The notes below the pieces were generated by a model that searched no databases, was not told the origin of the DNA, and saw only the letters and a list, made by a program, of their open reading frames with translations. Positions 22,843 to 34,085 of a DNA stretch of 64,000 nucleotides are shown piece by piece; the first letter of the stretch is position 1; each line of letters opens with the position of its first letter. Source of the stretch: Sarea resinae (lineage: Eukaryota). Location of the stretch: NCBI GenBank assembly GCA_026026165.1, contig JAPEUD010000087.1, positions 1 to 64,000 of the forward strand. The letters are read 5' to 3'. The translations under genes and the position numbers were made by a program.

Positions 22843-25305
22843 ATGACTGCTTGGTTATGGACGGTCCAAAGAGCTTCCAGTGTTGTTGCGCGCGCGCTCG
22901 GCCTACAATTGCTTGTCAGTTTTATTCGAAGAATCACGGATCGGCGATTCCAAGAACCGCCAAAGATAGCCATCTCTCGGAGCCGGTCTATTGCCCTGCT
23001 ACGAGCTCTTGTACACGTTGTGCCCCTCGGAGTCGCTCTGGCAGAGCTCTGTTTGAATTGGAAAGGCATCTACCTCGGGCCTAATTTCGACCATTCCAGC
23101 TATCTCCAATTTGCCGCGAAAGCTCATGAAATGACGATGCAAGCATCACTCGCGGCTATCCTATTCACTTATTTGCGACATGAGATATCCATGGGGGGTG
23201 GAATTCCCTTTGGTGCGCTCCTTGCTGGGCTGCAACTCAATCAGCTGAGCTATCTCTGGTCTATCGAATTCTGGGGGTCGGCCTTTGCGGAGAAGATTCG
23301 TCTCCGAACCAGGATTCGGCTGGCGATAGCGATAGCAGTTTTTACCAGCTTGGCTGCTTGCGTCGGGCCTTCAAGTGCCATTCTTCTCATTCCTAGGCTC
23401 GAATATTGGCCTGCCGGTCATGTACACCTGTACATGAATATAACCGCTCAGGAACTTTGGCCAAGTGGCATCGATGAATCGCTGGTACCTCCCGGCTGCT
23501 CATTATCCGAGGGCCCCGGATTCACCAGCTCGTGTCCATCAGCACAATGGCAGACGATTCAAGCCTACATGGCGGCGCAGACCCTTGGGCTACCGGGAGA
23601 TCTTGAAAACTTTCTGCCCAGGGTTGAATTATGGGACTATAATTGGGCCAAGGAGAGCTTATTCCCCTTTGCTGTCCAGTTGGCCGGTGCAACTTCACGT
23701 CGACAACTACAGGGTACTCCAGCCAGTGCATGGGGTGAAGGTGACTCGGAGATTCACACGATAGCTACGACTCAGCAGTCCTCAATCGCTGATGCTCTTG
23801 TGACCGTGGCTGATCTATGGGGAATGGAAGCCAACGTTGACCAAATTAACCGGGATGCCAATGCAGATCCAGACAACAATCCTTATTGGCGTGACGCAGT
23901 CCATACGATCTCTGAAGGCTACTATCAGCCATATACGACAGTATCTTGTGCTTTGTTGGCGCTAAATACCTCTTACTATTGGACAATAAGAGAGGAATAC
24001 TCCGGACGATACGACGCAACTTATCGAAAAGTTGCGGGTATACCTTTGGAAGATTTCATGGACACTCCAGGCAATGTCTCAGATATTCGGATCAGGTGGA
24101 TAGATCAGATGCCTGATTTGTTCAATGAGGATATTAATTTGAACGAGACGGGAAACAGCTCACTCGGAATTGCCATCTTCTTACCGAAACCGCCATCTGG
24201 TGTGCAGACTGATCAAGACGCAGGTCCCGGCGATTATTATGATGAGGAGCCCGCCATTGAGTATTGCTATCTCTGCTCCCTGACTGCGGCTTGGGGGTCT
24301 TCTTCACTGAACACATCATTGGTGCACAGCAGCCTGGCTCAAGTCTTGAGTAGTCCTAAACCCTCCAACGGCGCTTCCAGTGTGGGTTATCCCACAAATG
24401 GGCCCGAAGCGCTGCAGTATATGTGCTATAACATCTGGAATCAAGAACCCGATTGGCTTGGAGATCCAATAACTATCGCGTCTACTTGGGCAGAATATAT
24501 AGATCCCGTCTTACCCGAGACAAATAAGAGTATTCTTCAGACGCTCATATCGCCAATCATCCAGTCTGATACCGAAAATAGCACTGGTGCTTGGTACAAC
24601 TACACCATGCTATCAGAACTCACCTTGGGCGATACGAGGATCCGCGTGGAACAGCTCCTGAGTCTAATGTTTGCCAATGGACTTTCGAGGATTGGTCACT
24701 CCGCCAAGTTAGTAGGGGATCTGAAAGCGACTACTCGCTCAATAGATGATGGGGAGGAGATGGAAGGGCTACAATATGCACTTCCACCGCTTTCTGATTG
24801 GATCGCTGGGAAGGATGTCTTCACCATTCCCGGGGACGAGAAAGAGTTTCTCAGACTCCGAGTCTCATCACAGCGTGAAGGCTACGCCTTCAGCTCGCGC
24901 GGCGTCCCTGCCAAGCTTGCCACTGTGGCCTTGTCGATCTACTGCGCTCTTGCCATAGCCCATCTCATCTACTGTGGAATCGTGGGCGTCAGCTCGACCA
25001 GCTGGGATTCCATTGCCGAGCTTACGGCGCTAGCAGTGAATTCGTCTCCGACCGATTCCCTCCGAAACACGTGCGCGGGCATCTTCGGCCTCCAGGTCTT
25101 CAAGACACCCGTGAGGATTGCGGAGGTGACTAGTGAATTCAACGACGACGGCGACGGCGACAGCGACGAAGCTGGCGCCGAAGCCGGACACCTGGAGTTG
25201 GTGTTTGGAGACTTCTATGCCAAGGGCAGCGACGTCAAGCCTGTAGCGATGAACGGGGCGTATGGCACGATGGCGAAAAATCGGCTGAGGTCTACCTACA
25301 GCTGA
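22843..25305 (+). CDS. Hypothetical multi-pass membrane glycoprotein, 820 aa
   Basis: Long intronless ORF with several N-terminal hydrophobic helices, a large Cys- and N-x-S/T-rich middle region and a C-terminal TM helix followed by SWDSIAELTALA. Confidence 0.8.
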   Translation: MTAWLWTVQRASSVVARALGLQLLVSFIRRITDRRFQEPPKIAISRSRSIALLRALVHVVPLGVALAELCLNWKGIYLGPNFDHSSYLQFAAKAHEMTMQASLAAILFTYLRHEISMGGGIPFGALLAGLQLNQLSYLWSIEFWGSAFAEKIRLRTRIRLAIAIAVFTSLAACVGPSSAILLIPRLEYWPAGHVHLYMNITAQELWPSGIDESLVPPGCSLSEGPGFTSSCPSAQWQTIQAYMAAQTLGLPGDLENFLPRVELWDYNWAKESLFPFAVQLAGATSRRQLQGTPASAWGEGDSEIHTIATTQQSSIADALVTVADLWGMEANVDQINRDANADPDNNPYWRDAVHTISEGYYQPYTTVSCALLALNTSYYWTIREEYSGRYDATYRKVAGIPLEDFMDTPGNVSDIRIRWIDQMPDLFNEDINLNETGNSSLGIAIFLPKPPSGVQTDQDAGPGDYYDEEPAIEYCYLCSLTAAWGSSSLNTSLVHSSLAQVLSSPKPSNGASSVGYPTNGPEALQYMCYNIWNQEPDWLGDPITIASTWAEYIDPVLPETNKSILQTLISPIIQSDTENSTGAWYNYTMLSELTLGDTRIRVEQLLSLMFANGLSRIGHSAKLVGDLKATTRSIDDGEEMEGLQYALPPLSDWIAGKDVFTIPGDEKEFLRLRVSSQREGYAFSSRGVPAKLATVALSIYCALAIAHLIYCGIVGVSSTSWDSIAELTALAVNSSPTDSLRNTCAGIFGLQVFKTPVRIAEVTSEFNDDGDGDSDEAGAEAGHLELVFGDFYAKGSDVKPVAMNGAYGTMAKNRLRSTYS

Positions 25306-25859
25306 TGATGAAAGGCCGTCAGTATCGATCAAATCCCGTCGGTCGATCTCCCTGGTGCCAGCCACAAATCTACCCGACCGATCGGCCATGCTTTACCATA
25401 TGAACGTTGGGCATCCGACCAGCGACCAAATCAACCGGTTCCATCGCCTTCTTTGTAGGCAGAAGGACTGTCGGAAAAGAGCAGCTGCGTGTCGGGCACA
25501 TCACTTCCCTTGCCGGCGTACAGACTCTGAGTTTCTCTCGCCAGTCTGCCGCGTCTAGCTAGGACCGTGGAGTTTTCCATTCACTCACATCCACCTCCTC
25601 CTCCCCCCCCTTTTTTCCCTAGCCCCCAACTTCCGGTCCGAGCAGCCGGCGTCCTCGGCCTGATCGTCTGATCGCTGAGATTGTGGGCCGTGGAAGAAAA
25701 ACGCCGGCAGGTTCGTTCTCATGAGACGTCCGAAGCCCATCGAGCCGATCAGCAGCCTTGCTTTGATAGTCGAGACGGTGAAGAGCACACACGGGGGTTA
25801 GACTCAGTTGGTTCTAGAAAGAGAGAGAGAAAGACGGAGAGGGAGAGGGAGACAACAAT

Positions 25860-25981
25860 GCTGTCTCTCGATGCATACCTTATAGACGTGTACATATACA
25901 CATATACACATATACACATATACACAATTCTTTATCGTGTCTCTTTCCTACTCTTCTTTGATGATACTTGAATAGTAGTAA

Positions 25982-26025
<44 letters not shown>

Positions 26026-26420
26026 ACTATAAAGTAGTAAATCTCTACTCTATCTATCTACCTACTCTGTCTACCTACCTACTTGAGGTAGGTATAGTCA
26101 GGAGATAGGAGATAAATAAGTAGATATACCTCACCTTATCTAGTAGGGCCAAGGTATATATATACATAGATGGATATAGGCTGTATACTACATCTAAATA
26201 GTAGTAGTAAATAAACCCTCAGCTAATTAAATGCCTTAAATACCTCAGCCTTAAATACCTTAGCCTTAAATACCTTAGCCTTAAATACCTTACCTTTAGT
26301 ACCTACGGTAGGTATTATATTATACTTTTTTTTGGTACTTGATGTGAGGAGCGCTGCGCTATATAGGTAGGAGGCAGATAGGCATAGCCCGGACGGACAA
26401 GCCGGGTTGGTTCTAGTAGT
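25860..26420. repeat. AT/TpA-rich island (RIP-like) with a (TAG)n microsatellite at ~25983-26025 and a 15-bp tandem repeat GCCTTAAATACCTYA x4 at 26233-26292
   Basis: Visible TpA excess and CpA/CpG depletion relative to the flanks; repeats read directly. Confidence 0.6.
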
Positions 26421-26864
26421 CTTTTTAGATGGCTGATGTAGGAACAGGGTTTGCCTATTTACGGGTCTTTACAGTATATGTGTGGTGAAAAAAGGCCCTT
26501 TGATACGAAAGAGGAAAGAGGAAGAAGGAAAGAAGAAGAACCAAAGAGGAAGAAGGAAAGAGGAAAGAGAAAACAGAGAGAGAGAAGAGAAGAGGAGAGA
26601 GAGAAAAAAAAAAGAGAAGAGAAGAGGAGAAAGAAGAAGGACTAGACTACAGATCTCTAGCGCGCGGTCTAGCCTTTGCTTTTGTCCTTCTCTTTCCCTC
26701 TCGGTCGTTCTCCTCTGTTTTTTTTTGGGTTTTTTTTCTAGATCAATGCCAGCGGAGAGTGTTCGGTGTGTATGATTCTTTATCTCTTGAAACCCCCTTC
26801 CTCGAGCCTGGCTCGGACTGTCTTGTTCTCTCTTATGCTTCTCTCGCCCTCTCATCATCCTTCT

Positions 26865-27322
26865 CTAGTCATCCGTCGGTGGAGAGGCTGCAAACGAGAT
26901 AGGATACGAGCGTTTCATGCCGAGGTTATGATTGGAGACCTGGATCACGGGGCCGTCAGTGACCCATATTTTGCTGAGCGGTACGCTGACGGAATACGTT
27001 CGGGAGACAGGGCGGGAAAAGGAAAGGGGGGGGCATGGCTTACATCCGGATCAGCATCGCACTGGTCCGTCTTCCCGCACGAAAAGCCATCGGTCTGCTG
27101 GACGGCGCAGCCCACGGGCCCGTAGGTGGGGTGGCGCTGCATCTGGCCTTCGCAGACGAAGGTGCGGCCGCCCTTTGCGGGCGTCAGGGTGAAGGCCGTG
27201 GGACACGAGCATTTGCATGCGGTGTTCTTGCCCGACGAGTCGACGCATTGGATCTTCGCGGCCGTGAGGAGCGGCAGGAGAGAGGTTGCGAGGAGCAGCA
27301 TGGAGGTGGTGGGGAATTGCAT
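26865..27322 (-). CDS. Small secreted cysteine-rich protein (117 aa, 8 Cys), effector-like; exons 27322-27044, 26939-26865
   Basis: Signal-peptide-like MQFPTTSMLLLATSLLPLLTAA; 8 Cys including CxCxC; GC3-rich codons; intron GTAAGC..ACTGAC..CAG gives the tail VSNHNLGMKRSYPISFAASPPTDD*. Confidence 0.75.
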
Positions 27323-30300
27323 GGTTGTGGTTTGCTGGGATTTGAGATGGATTGAAATGAGCGGTGGTGAGATTTGCTTGAAGCTTGGGAGCGACTGTGT
27401 GAGAAGGATCGTGTGAGACGTCTCGCCGGGAGATGGGTCTCTGTTGATGATCGTGTGCTGAGGCTGATTCTGATGCTGATGATGAGAACAATGAGAGGTG
27501 ATGAGGGAGAGGGGAGGGGAGATTTATATGTGTTCTCTCTCCCTTTCTCTCTCCCTCTCTCCCTCGCTCCTTGTTTCGCCGAGCCAGAGCCAAAGGATTA
27601 GACGAGGCGCTGGAGAAGAGATCCACGGACGACTGGATATTGACGGAGGGATCGAAGAGCGAATAGGGGTGTATGAAGCATAGTATGGAGTATCATGGAG
27701 CAGACTAGAGTATGGAATAGAGCATGGAGTAGAGCATGGGCGGGTACGGTGGAGTATGGTGGAGTATGTTAGAGCATCGCATGACGGTTTCCTTACCTTG
27801 CTCGTCTCACAGTACCTTACCTTGACCTTCCTTCGCCTTGCCTTGCAGTCGTGGAGCTTTCCTCACCATTCGATACCAATCACGGCTCGCCAGGAGTTGT
27901 GAAGCGTACGATACTGCCTGAAAGGCTCACCCCGTTGGTCTATGAATCCTTAGGCCCGGGCATCTTTCCAGTTGGCAGAAGAACATGATACTCCCATCAG
28001 ACCGAACGGAACGGTGAAACAGGAACGCGAATCTAGTAGATGGGCCAAAGAAAATAAGTATGCGTGTGAGCAGCCGAGTGAGCAGAGTGGAGAGAATTAG
28101 CGAGTCGGTGAGTTCATTTGGTCAAAGAAGGGGAAAAGTAAACAAGATCGTCAACGCTCGGACTCCTTCGTATGCTGACAGCGTGATGATGGGTCCAGAA
28201 TAGACGCTCCACCCCTATGAAACCGCATAAGGCAGGTCGAGCACGACTCTACATACTCGAATCATTGACCAAACGATCAAATGATGGGAACGAGCAGACA
28301 GGCGGCCCAAATATAGGCCTCGGCGCGGTTGGTCAATAGGTGGATGGGTCTGAAGATAGTCAACGGTGTCGCGGTTGAAAGGAGAGTAATGTCCAGAAAC
28401 AAATGCGCCAAAGAGTTTCAGCCCATTATTTTTTATTTTTTTTCAAAAAGATCGTCATAGCGGAACACGTTCCTCCTCCTAGGAGTGATTTTCTCCAGGA
28501 ACCGAGATTCAATTGCTGGATCCAGACGCCCCTGCTGTGAGCCGAACATAAGGCTAGCTTGTCGAGAGGTTGCTGTGCCACAGACTGGCATGCGGTCTCG
28601 CGATCGAAGGATTTGGTCTGCTCGCGGCCCCAGTCTTGCCGAGCAGTGGCCTCTCCAGCAGGTGGCGCGTAGACTGCCATGTCATCGACTTGTGCGAGAT
28701 GGAGACAGCGAGGCGTCGATCTGAGACGAATGAGGTCAACTGATCTTGATGCAGGGTTCTACAAAGCTGCATCTTCGGACGATCGAGGGTTGGAAGTCAT
28801 CATTTCTCGTCGAGGATCTTGGTTCCGCTTGGTCGGTGAGCCGTTACCACGGCAAGGAGGATGCAAGTGTTGATTTTCGCCCCCAGAGTCCGGGCGCGGG
28901 CGGTTCGATATTGGCGCTGAGTGGCTGAGTTGGTGGCCCGGTAGCCTAGATCGCGTCTATTAAGTTCATGCAGAGGCGCAATGCCGGGGGTTCGTAGACT
29001 GCAGTAGAGTCCTCCTCGGTCGTCCCATAGATGATCGTGCTGGCATCAAAGAGCTATCATTGAAGCCTCGATGATTTTGATTGATGACGGCTGAAAGCCA
29101 CCTCACTTCACTTGGTCTGCCGCATTTACCTGTTGCACTAGGGCATTCTGTGGGATGGTAGTAGATACTTCGCGACCGAATCAACCGGCGAACTGCGTGC
29201 GACAAGAAGCTGTTGCAGATAGCTTGAGCGGCTATCGTGATGAATGAGCATGTCGGTCAGTCATTTCATCCCTCTCACCGAGCACTGAGCACTGAGCTTT
29301 CCTCACCCGTGAGGTGGTTGCTGTTGTTGTTGATGTGGGAGGGTGGTGGATATTCGCTTCTCGATCTTTGGCTGTCGACGTGCGCTTCCTATCAACAGAG
29401 AGCCCAAGAAAGCGCAGAGACAAGATGCCCACACAGTGGATGTTGTCATGTGTCCTTCCGAGAAGATGCAGATAGATATCGGGCATTCAAGGTAGACGCA
29501 AGCAAAGGAGATTGCTGGTACTCGCCCTCCCAACAAGGCATCTCTCTCTAGGATGAGGCTCGACGGGCGGCGTCCTGTTACTGCAACTCCTCGTCCTACT
29601 TCTACACCGAGGCTTCTACATGCGCGTCTCGAGCATCGCACGCATCTCGCGAAGAAGCCAACTGATGGTTCCATGTCACGGATGATCATATAAGAAGAGG
29701 ACCGTCCTTGGCACTGCCCAGCGGCCCCAGCCTGTCGGCGGTGATCTGTAGTACCTCTTGGCGGGCGACGTTTGCACCGTCTGACGATGTACTACGATGT
29801 AGATCCGAGAGGAGCGCAGTGTCGAGAGTGGAGCTCGCTCGACGTTGGACCCTGAGGGCAGAGACTCGGAGAGCTTTACTCGGTACCCTCACGTATTCTT
29901 GCTCGGTACTCTAGCAGGTGAAGTACCTCGAGCTACTTACCTCCCCTCGTATGTACTCTACTTCGTAGGTGTCTCGGGTACGGGTGGGGTGGAGTGTGGA
30001 GTGCCCTGGGGAGTGGAGGCCAAGACGAGAGTGAGGTCATCGCTCCGCGGCCTTGTGCACTCTGTGTTGGACCGAAGGAATTACTACCAGGTATACACAG
30101 TAGAGTAGGAGTCCAATGCAATCTTACTGCTCTCGACAAGGCTCAAGGCTGCGAGGCTGTGCCCTGCTACCAAGTACGGCCGAGGAGAAATACGGACGCT
30201 ATCATGGCGCATCTGTCCCGTGAGGCATTTCCGCTGCAGAGCCCCGACGCCAGAGACGGAACAGAGATGGATCTTCAGTCTCGTTTCCCCCGAGCGCGAT

Positions 30301-30702
30301 GGTGGTGCAGGAGGAGGATGAGGGATTGCGTCCTTGATCCCTCGCGTCAGCCACCGTGAAGCAAGACGAGCAGAGAGAGCAGAGCAGAGCCGGGCAGTCC
30401 CATGCGGTGACTTTACTCGAGAGTAGAAGTCTGGGGACGACCTGGTATCGGTGACCTGCCGCGACCGCAGGCGTGGCGGGCGCGGCGAGGTAGAGGCACG
30501 AGGGCTTCCCCGCGAGGCTAGCAGACTAGTGCATTCTCGCAGTGCTTCCATGCCATATTTGGCGACCGAAAGGGACGATCATGGACGGAGTCAGCATTGC
30601 CATGCAATTAATCCCTCTCGAGAGAAAGACCACGGTCGCTCATAGCCATCGCAAACGAGAAAGAGAAGGAGGCGGAGCATTGGAGGGTGGAGGCTCTCGT
30701 GC

Positions 30703-30771
30703 GAGAGAGAGAGAGAGAGAGACAGAGAGAGAGAGACAGAGAGACAGAGACAGAGAGACAGAGACAGAGAG
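30703..30771. repeat. (GA)n/(GAGACA)n microsatellite upstream of the stomatin gene
   Basis: Read directly. Confidence 0.85.
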
Positions 30772-31074
30772 GCGTATAAAGAAACAAGGACGTCACCACT
30801 GTCGTCCATCCACGCCATCCCCCTCTCTCCTTTCTCCTCTCCTTGTCATTACTGTCATCTCGATAAGACGCAGCCGTCAACCGTCAACCGTCAACCATCA
30901 GCCATCGTAGTCATCCCCTCACCATCTCCATCTCTTCTACTCGTCCATCGCATAAAGCCTTCTCTCTCCCCGACCTCGTCGCAAGATAATTCACACTTCC
31001 ATCGTAACAAACCTCGCGTCGCAGACAACGACCAACGTCGCCATCATCATCACATTCACGCCACCGAATCCAGC

Positions 31075-32303
31075 ATGAACTCCGACCTCGACACCAGCGG
31101 CAAGCCCGCCCCCTCGGCCGCCAACACCAACGGCGGCTTCCGCCCCACCGTGCCGCGCACCGAAAACGGCCTCGTCCACGTCGAGCCGCCGCGGCGCGAG
31201 GACCTGCAGCCGTCGTACGCATCCGTGCTGCGACCCGACAGCGAAGATGCGGGATCGCATGGCTGGTACGGGGGAATGAGTGAGTTTGCTTTCTTGTCAT
31301 TATCGTCATCAAATCTACATTCTTGTCGTTATCATTATTATCACCATCTCACCATCATCATCAATCGACCATCTTGTCCATCCCCTTTCATGTGTAAAGA
31401 CCGACACTGACAAATACAGTCAACACGCTGGGCTCCTGCATTGGTTGCCTCGGCGCGATCCCGTGCTGCTTAGTCTGCCCGAACCCGTACAAGCCCGTGT
31501 CGCAAGGCAACGTCGGCCTGGTGACGAAATTCGGCCGCTTCTACCGGGCCGTCGACCCGGGTCTCGTCAAGATCAACCCGCTGTCGGAGAAGCTGATCCA
31601 GGTAGACGTCAAGATCCAGATCGTCGAGGTGCCCAAGCAGGTGTGCATGACCAAGGACAACGTCAACCTGCACCTGACGTCGGTCATCTACTACCACATC
31701 ACGTCGCCGCACAAAGCCGCTTTTGGGATTAGCAACATCCGGCAGGCGCTGGTCGAGCGCACGCAGACGACGCTGCGGCACGTCGTGGGCGCGCGCGTGC
31801 TGCAGGACGTCATCGAGCGGCGCGAGGAGATTGCGCAGAGCATCGGCGAGATCATCGAGGACGTGGCCATGGGCTGGGGCGTGCAGGTCGAGTCGATGCT
31901 GATCAAAGACATTGTCTTCTCGACGGAGCTGCAGGACTCGCTGTCGATGGCGGCGCAGAGCAAGCGCATCGGCGAGTCCAAGGTCATCGCCGCCCGCGCC
32001 GAGGTCGAGAGCGCCAAGCTCATGCGCCAGGCCGCCGACATCTTGAGTTCGGCGCCCGCCATGCAGATCCGCTATCTCGAGGCCATGCAAGCCATGGCCA
32101 AGACGGCCAACAGCAAGGTCATCTTCTTGCCCGCGACCAACCAGACCGTGAGCCAGCTTAACAGCAGCATGGCCACGGGTGGGGGGGACAACAATGGTGG
32201 GGAGGGATCCAGCGGCGGCGCTTTCGGTGGCGGCGGCGCGGGCACGGGCACGAACGACGAGTTCCAACGGGCCATCAACGCCCGGATCGTCGAGCAGATC
32301 TGA
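31075..32303 (+). CDS. Stomatin-like SPFH/Band 7 protein; exons 31075-31279, 31420-32303
   Basis: Cys-rich membrane segment GSCIGCLGAIPCCLVCPNPY; SPFH motifs QVCMTKDNV, QTTLRHVVG and AMQIRYLEAM. Confidence 0.92.
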
Positions 32304-32879
32304 GTGTAAAGTCAGCGTGACGGTGACGGAGTGCGCCGAAGCGACGGTGTGACGAACTGATGCAGTGAAGGACGAAAAACGAATCACAGACGTGAGCAAA
32401 CGGGGACATCATAATAAAAAGCCCTTTTCCACGAAGAATCACTCAGAAAAGAAAAAGACAAAAAAAATGAGATACCCCCCACTGGCCCTCCGCCGTGGCC
32501 CCTCTTTCTGTCACTATAGCACTAGTACTGTATGTAATGCGCACTTTGTCTGTTTGTTTGTTTGCTTCTTTGTCACTTTTAATTCATCCGCTCGTGTATG
32601 TATGTTTCTTGGTGCTAGATTTGGTTAGGGACTTGGGATGTTTGGATTAGGGGGTAAATTGGGATTTAACTTTGAAGGTTCAATCAATCAATCAAAATCG
32701 TTAATTGTTGATCGTTAATAGTTGATTGTTGATTGTCATCGTCGTTCGCACGAGGCAATCAGCTTCAGCTTCGGCTTCGGCTTCAGACTGGTGATAAGAG
32801 TTTAACTTTGGCATTTGGCCCTCTTCTCTCCTGTCCTCTCCTCTCCTCTCCTCTCCCCTCTCTAACCTCTGTATAGATG

Positions 32880-33600
32880 TAAGGACCAGTAAACAGGCAA
32901 ACCCGTTCCAACATGCGCCTGAGACACTACTATAACCCAGCTTATCTAGGCCACGCCTACCTCATTTCCCTACTAAGGTACTATATAAAATAGTAGCGCA
33001 CCTTAGGTATATATGTAGACTACAACCTAAGTAATTAGATTAACAATTTAACAGGTTTCTCTTTCTCCTACCACTTCCTTCTCTTTACTCTACTTTACTT
33101 GATAGCCCTCTGCTATTTATTACTACAGGCAGTCCTCTTTAGTTTGCTATAACCCTAACCCTAGCACTCACTCACTATGTAGCCCTATCTATCTAGCACC
33201 ATTATCTAGCCCTATCTATCTAGCACTATTATCTAGCACTCACTACCTAGCACCCACTATAGTACCTAGCACTCCCTCTCTATCTCTATTAAGGTACCTA
33301 GACTATTACTATAACCAGTATTGAACCTTAGTACTAGTACTAGTAGTAGTAGTATACTTACCTGACATCAATCAACTCTCTCTCCCTCACTTTCAAAATT
33401 GGATTTTCCTTTTTGAAAAAAAACAAAAAAATATCGGTATGTACCTGTTCACTCCTATCAGTTTCTCTTATATATATATATATATATATAGGTCTCTCTC
33501 TCTCTCTCTCTGTGTCTGTCTGTCTGTCTCTGTCTCCCTCTTGTCTTTTCTTTTCTTTTCTTTTCGTCCTCTATTCTATCTACCTTAGGTAGTCTTCCAG
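32880..33600. repeat. Second TpA-rich (RIP-like) island with a 27-bp tandem duplication at 33180-33233 and (TA)n, (CT)n, (CTGT)n microsatellites
   Basis: TAG/CTA-dense sequence between convergent genes; unit TAGCCCTATCTATCTAGCACYATTATC x2. Confidence 0.6.
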
Positions 33601-34085
33601 CCTCCTCGTCTTCTCGTCTTCCAGTCTTTCAAGAAAAGGAGCACCTAGTTTTGATCCCCCCTACCGATTACCATCACCAACCGCAGTCCCTCAGTAGGTA
33701 CCTAGGCAGCCTCCGTGACAGTGACAGTGACAATGACACGACATGATAAGGTTTTTCATCTTTCATTCTCGAGAGTAGAGGAATCTACAAATGTGATCGA
33801 TAAAGTACGGCAGAAAGAAAAGTAAACAAGCGCCAACGTCATCACAAGTCCATCCATCCATCCATCCAGTCAGTCAGTCAGTCAGTCAGTCAGTCAGTCC
33901 CACGGCGAGTCGTCCCGTCGTATGCCAACAACAGAAAGAAACAAGAAAATCCCCCGGAACAAAAAAAGACAGGACACCCCCCAAGTCATAACACGGTCAT
34001 AAAAAAAGAGACTCCTCAGCATCCAAGCACGTCCCTCCAATCCATCACAAACCAATCTGACCCCACTACCACCACTTATTGCGCA

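Noticed and set aside
26233..26292. Regular direct repeats that might suggest a CRISPR array
   Set aside because: Head-to-tail 15-bp minisatellite with no spacers, in a eukaryotic genome with no cas genes
31470..32399. 309-aa antisense ORF over the stomatin gene (likewise 48050-49090 and others)
   Set aside because: Shadow ORFs produced by GC-rich codon bias of the real gene on the opposite strand
33150..33163. Telomeric repeat TAACCC
   Set aside because: Only about two units, internal, with genes on both sides; not a chromosome end
33354..33364. ATACTTACCTG, identical to the 5' end of U1 snRNA
   Set aside because: No U1 stem-loops, U1-70K loop or Sm site follow; it is simply the reverse complement of a consensus 5' splice site within low-complexity DNA
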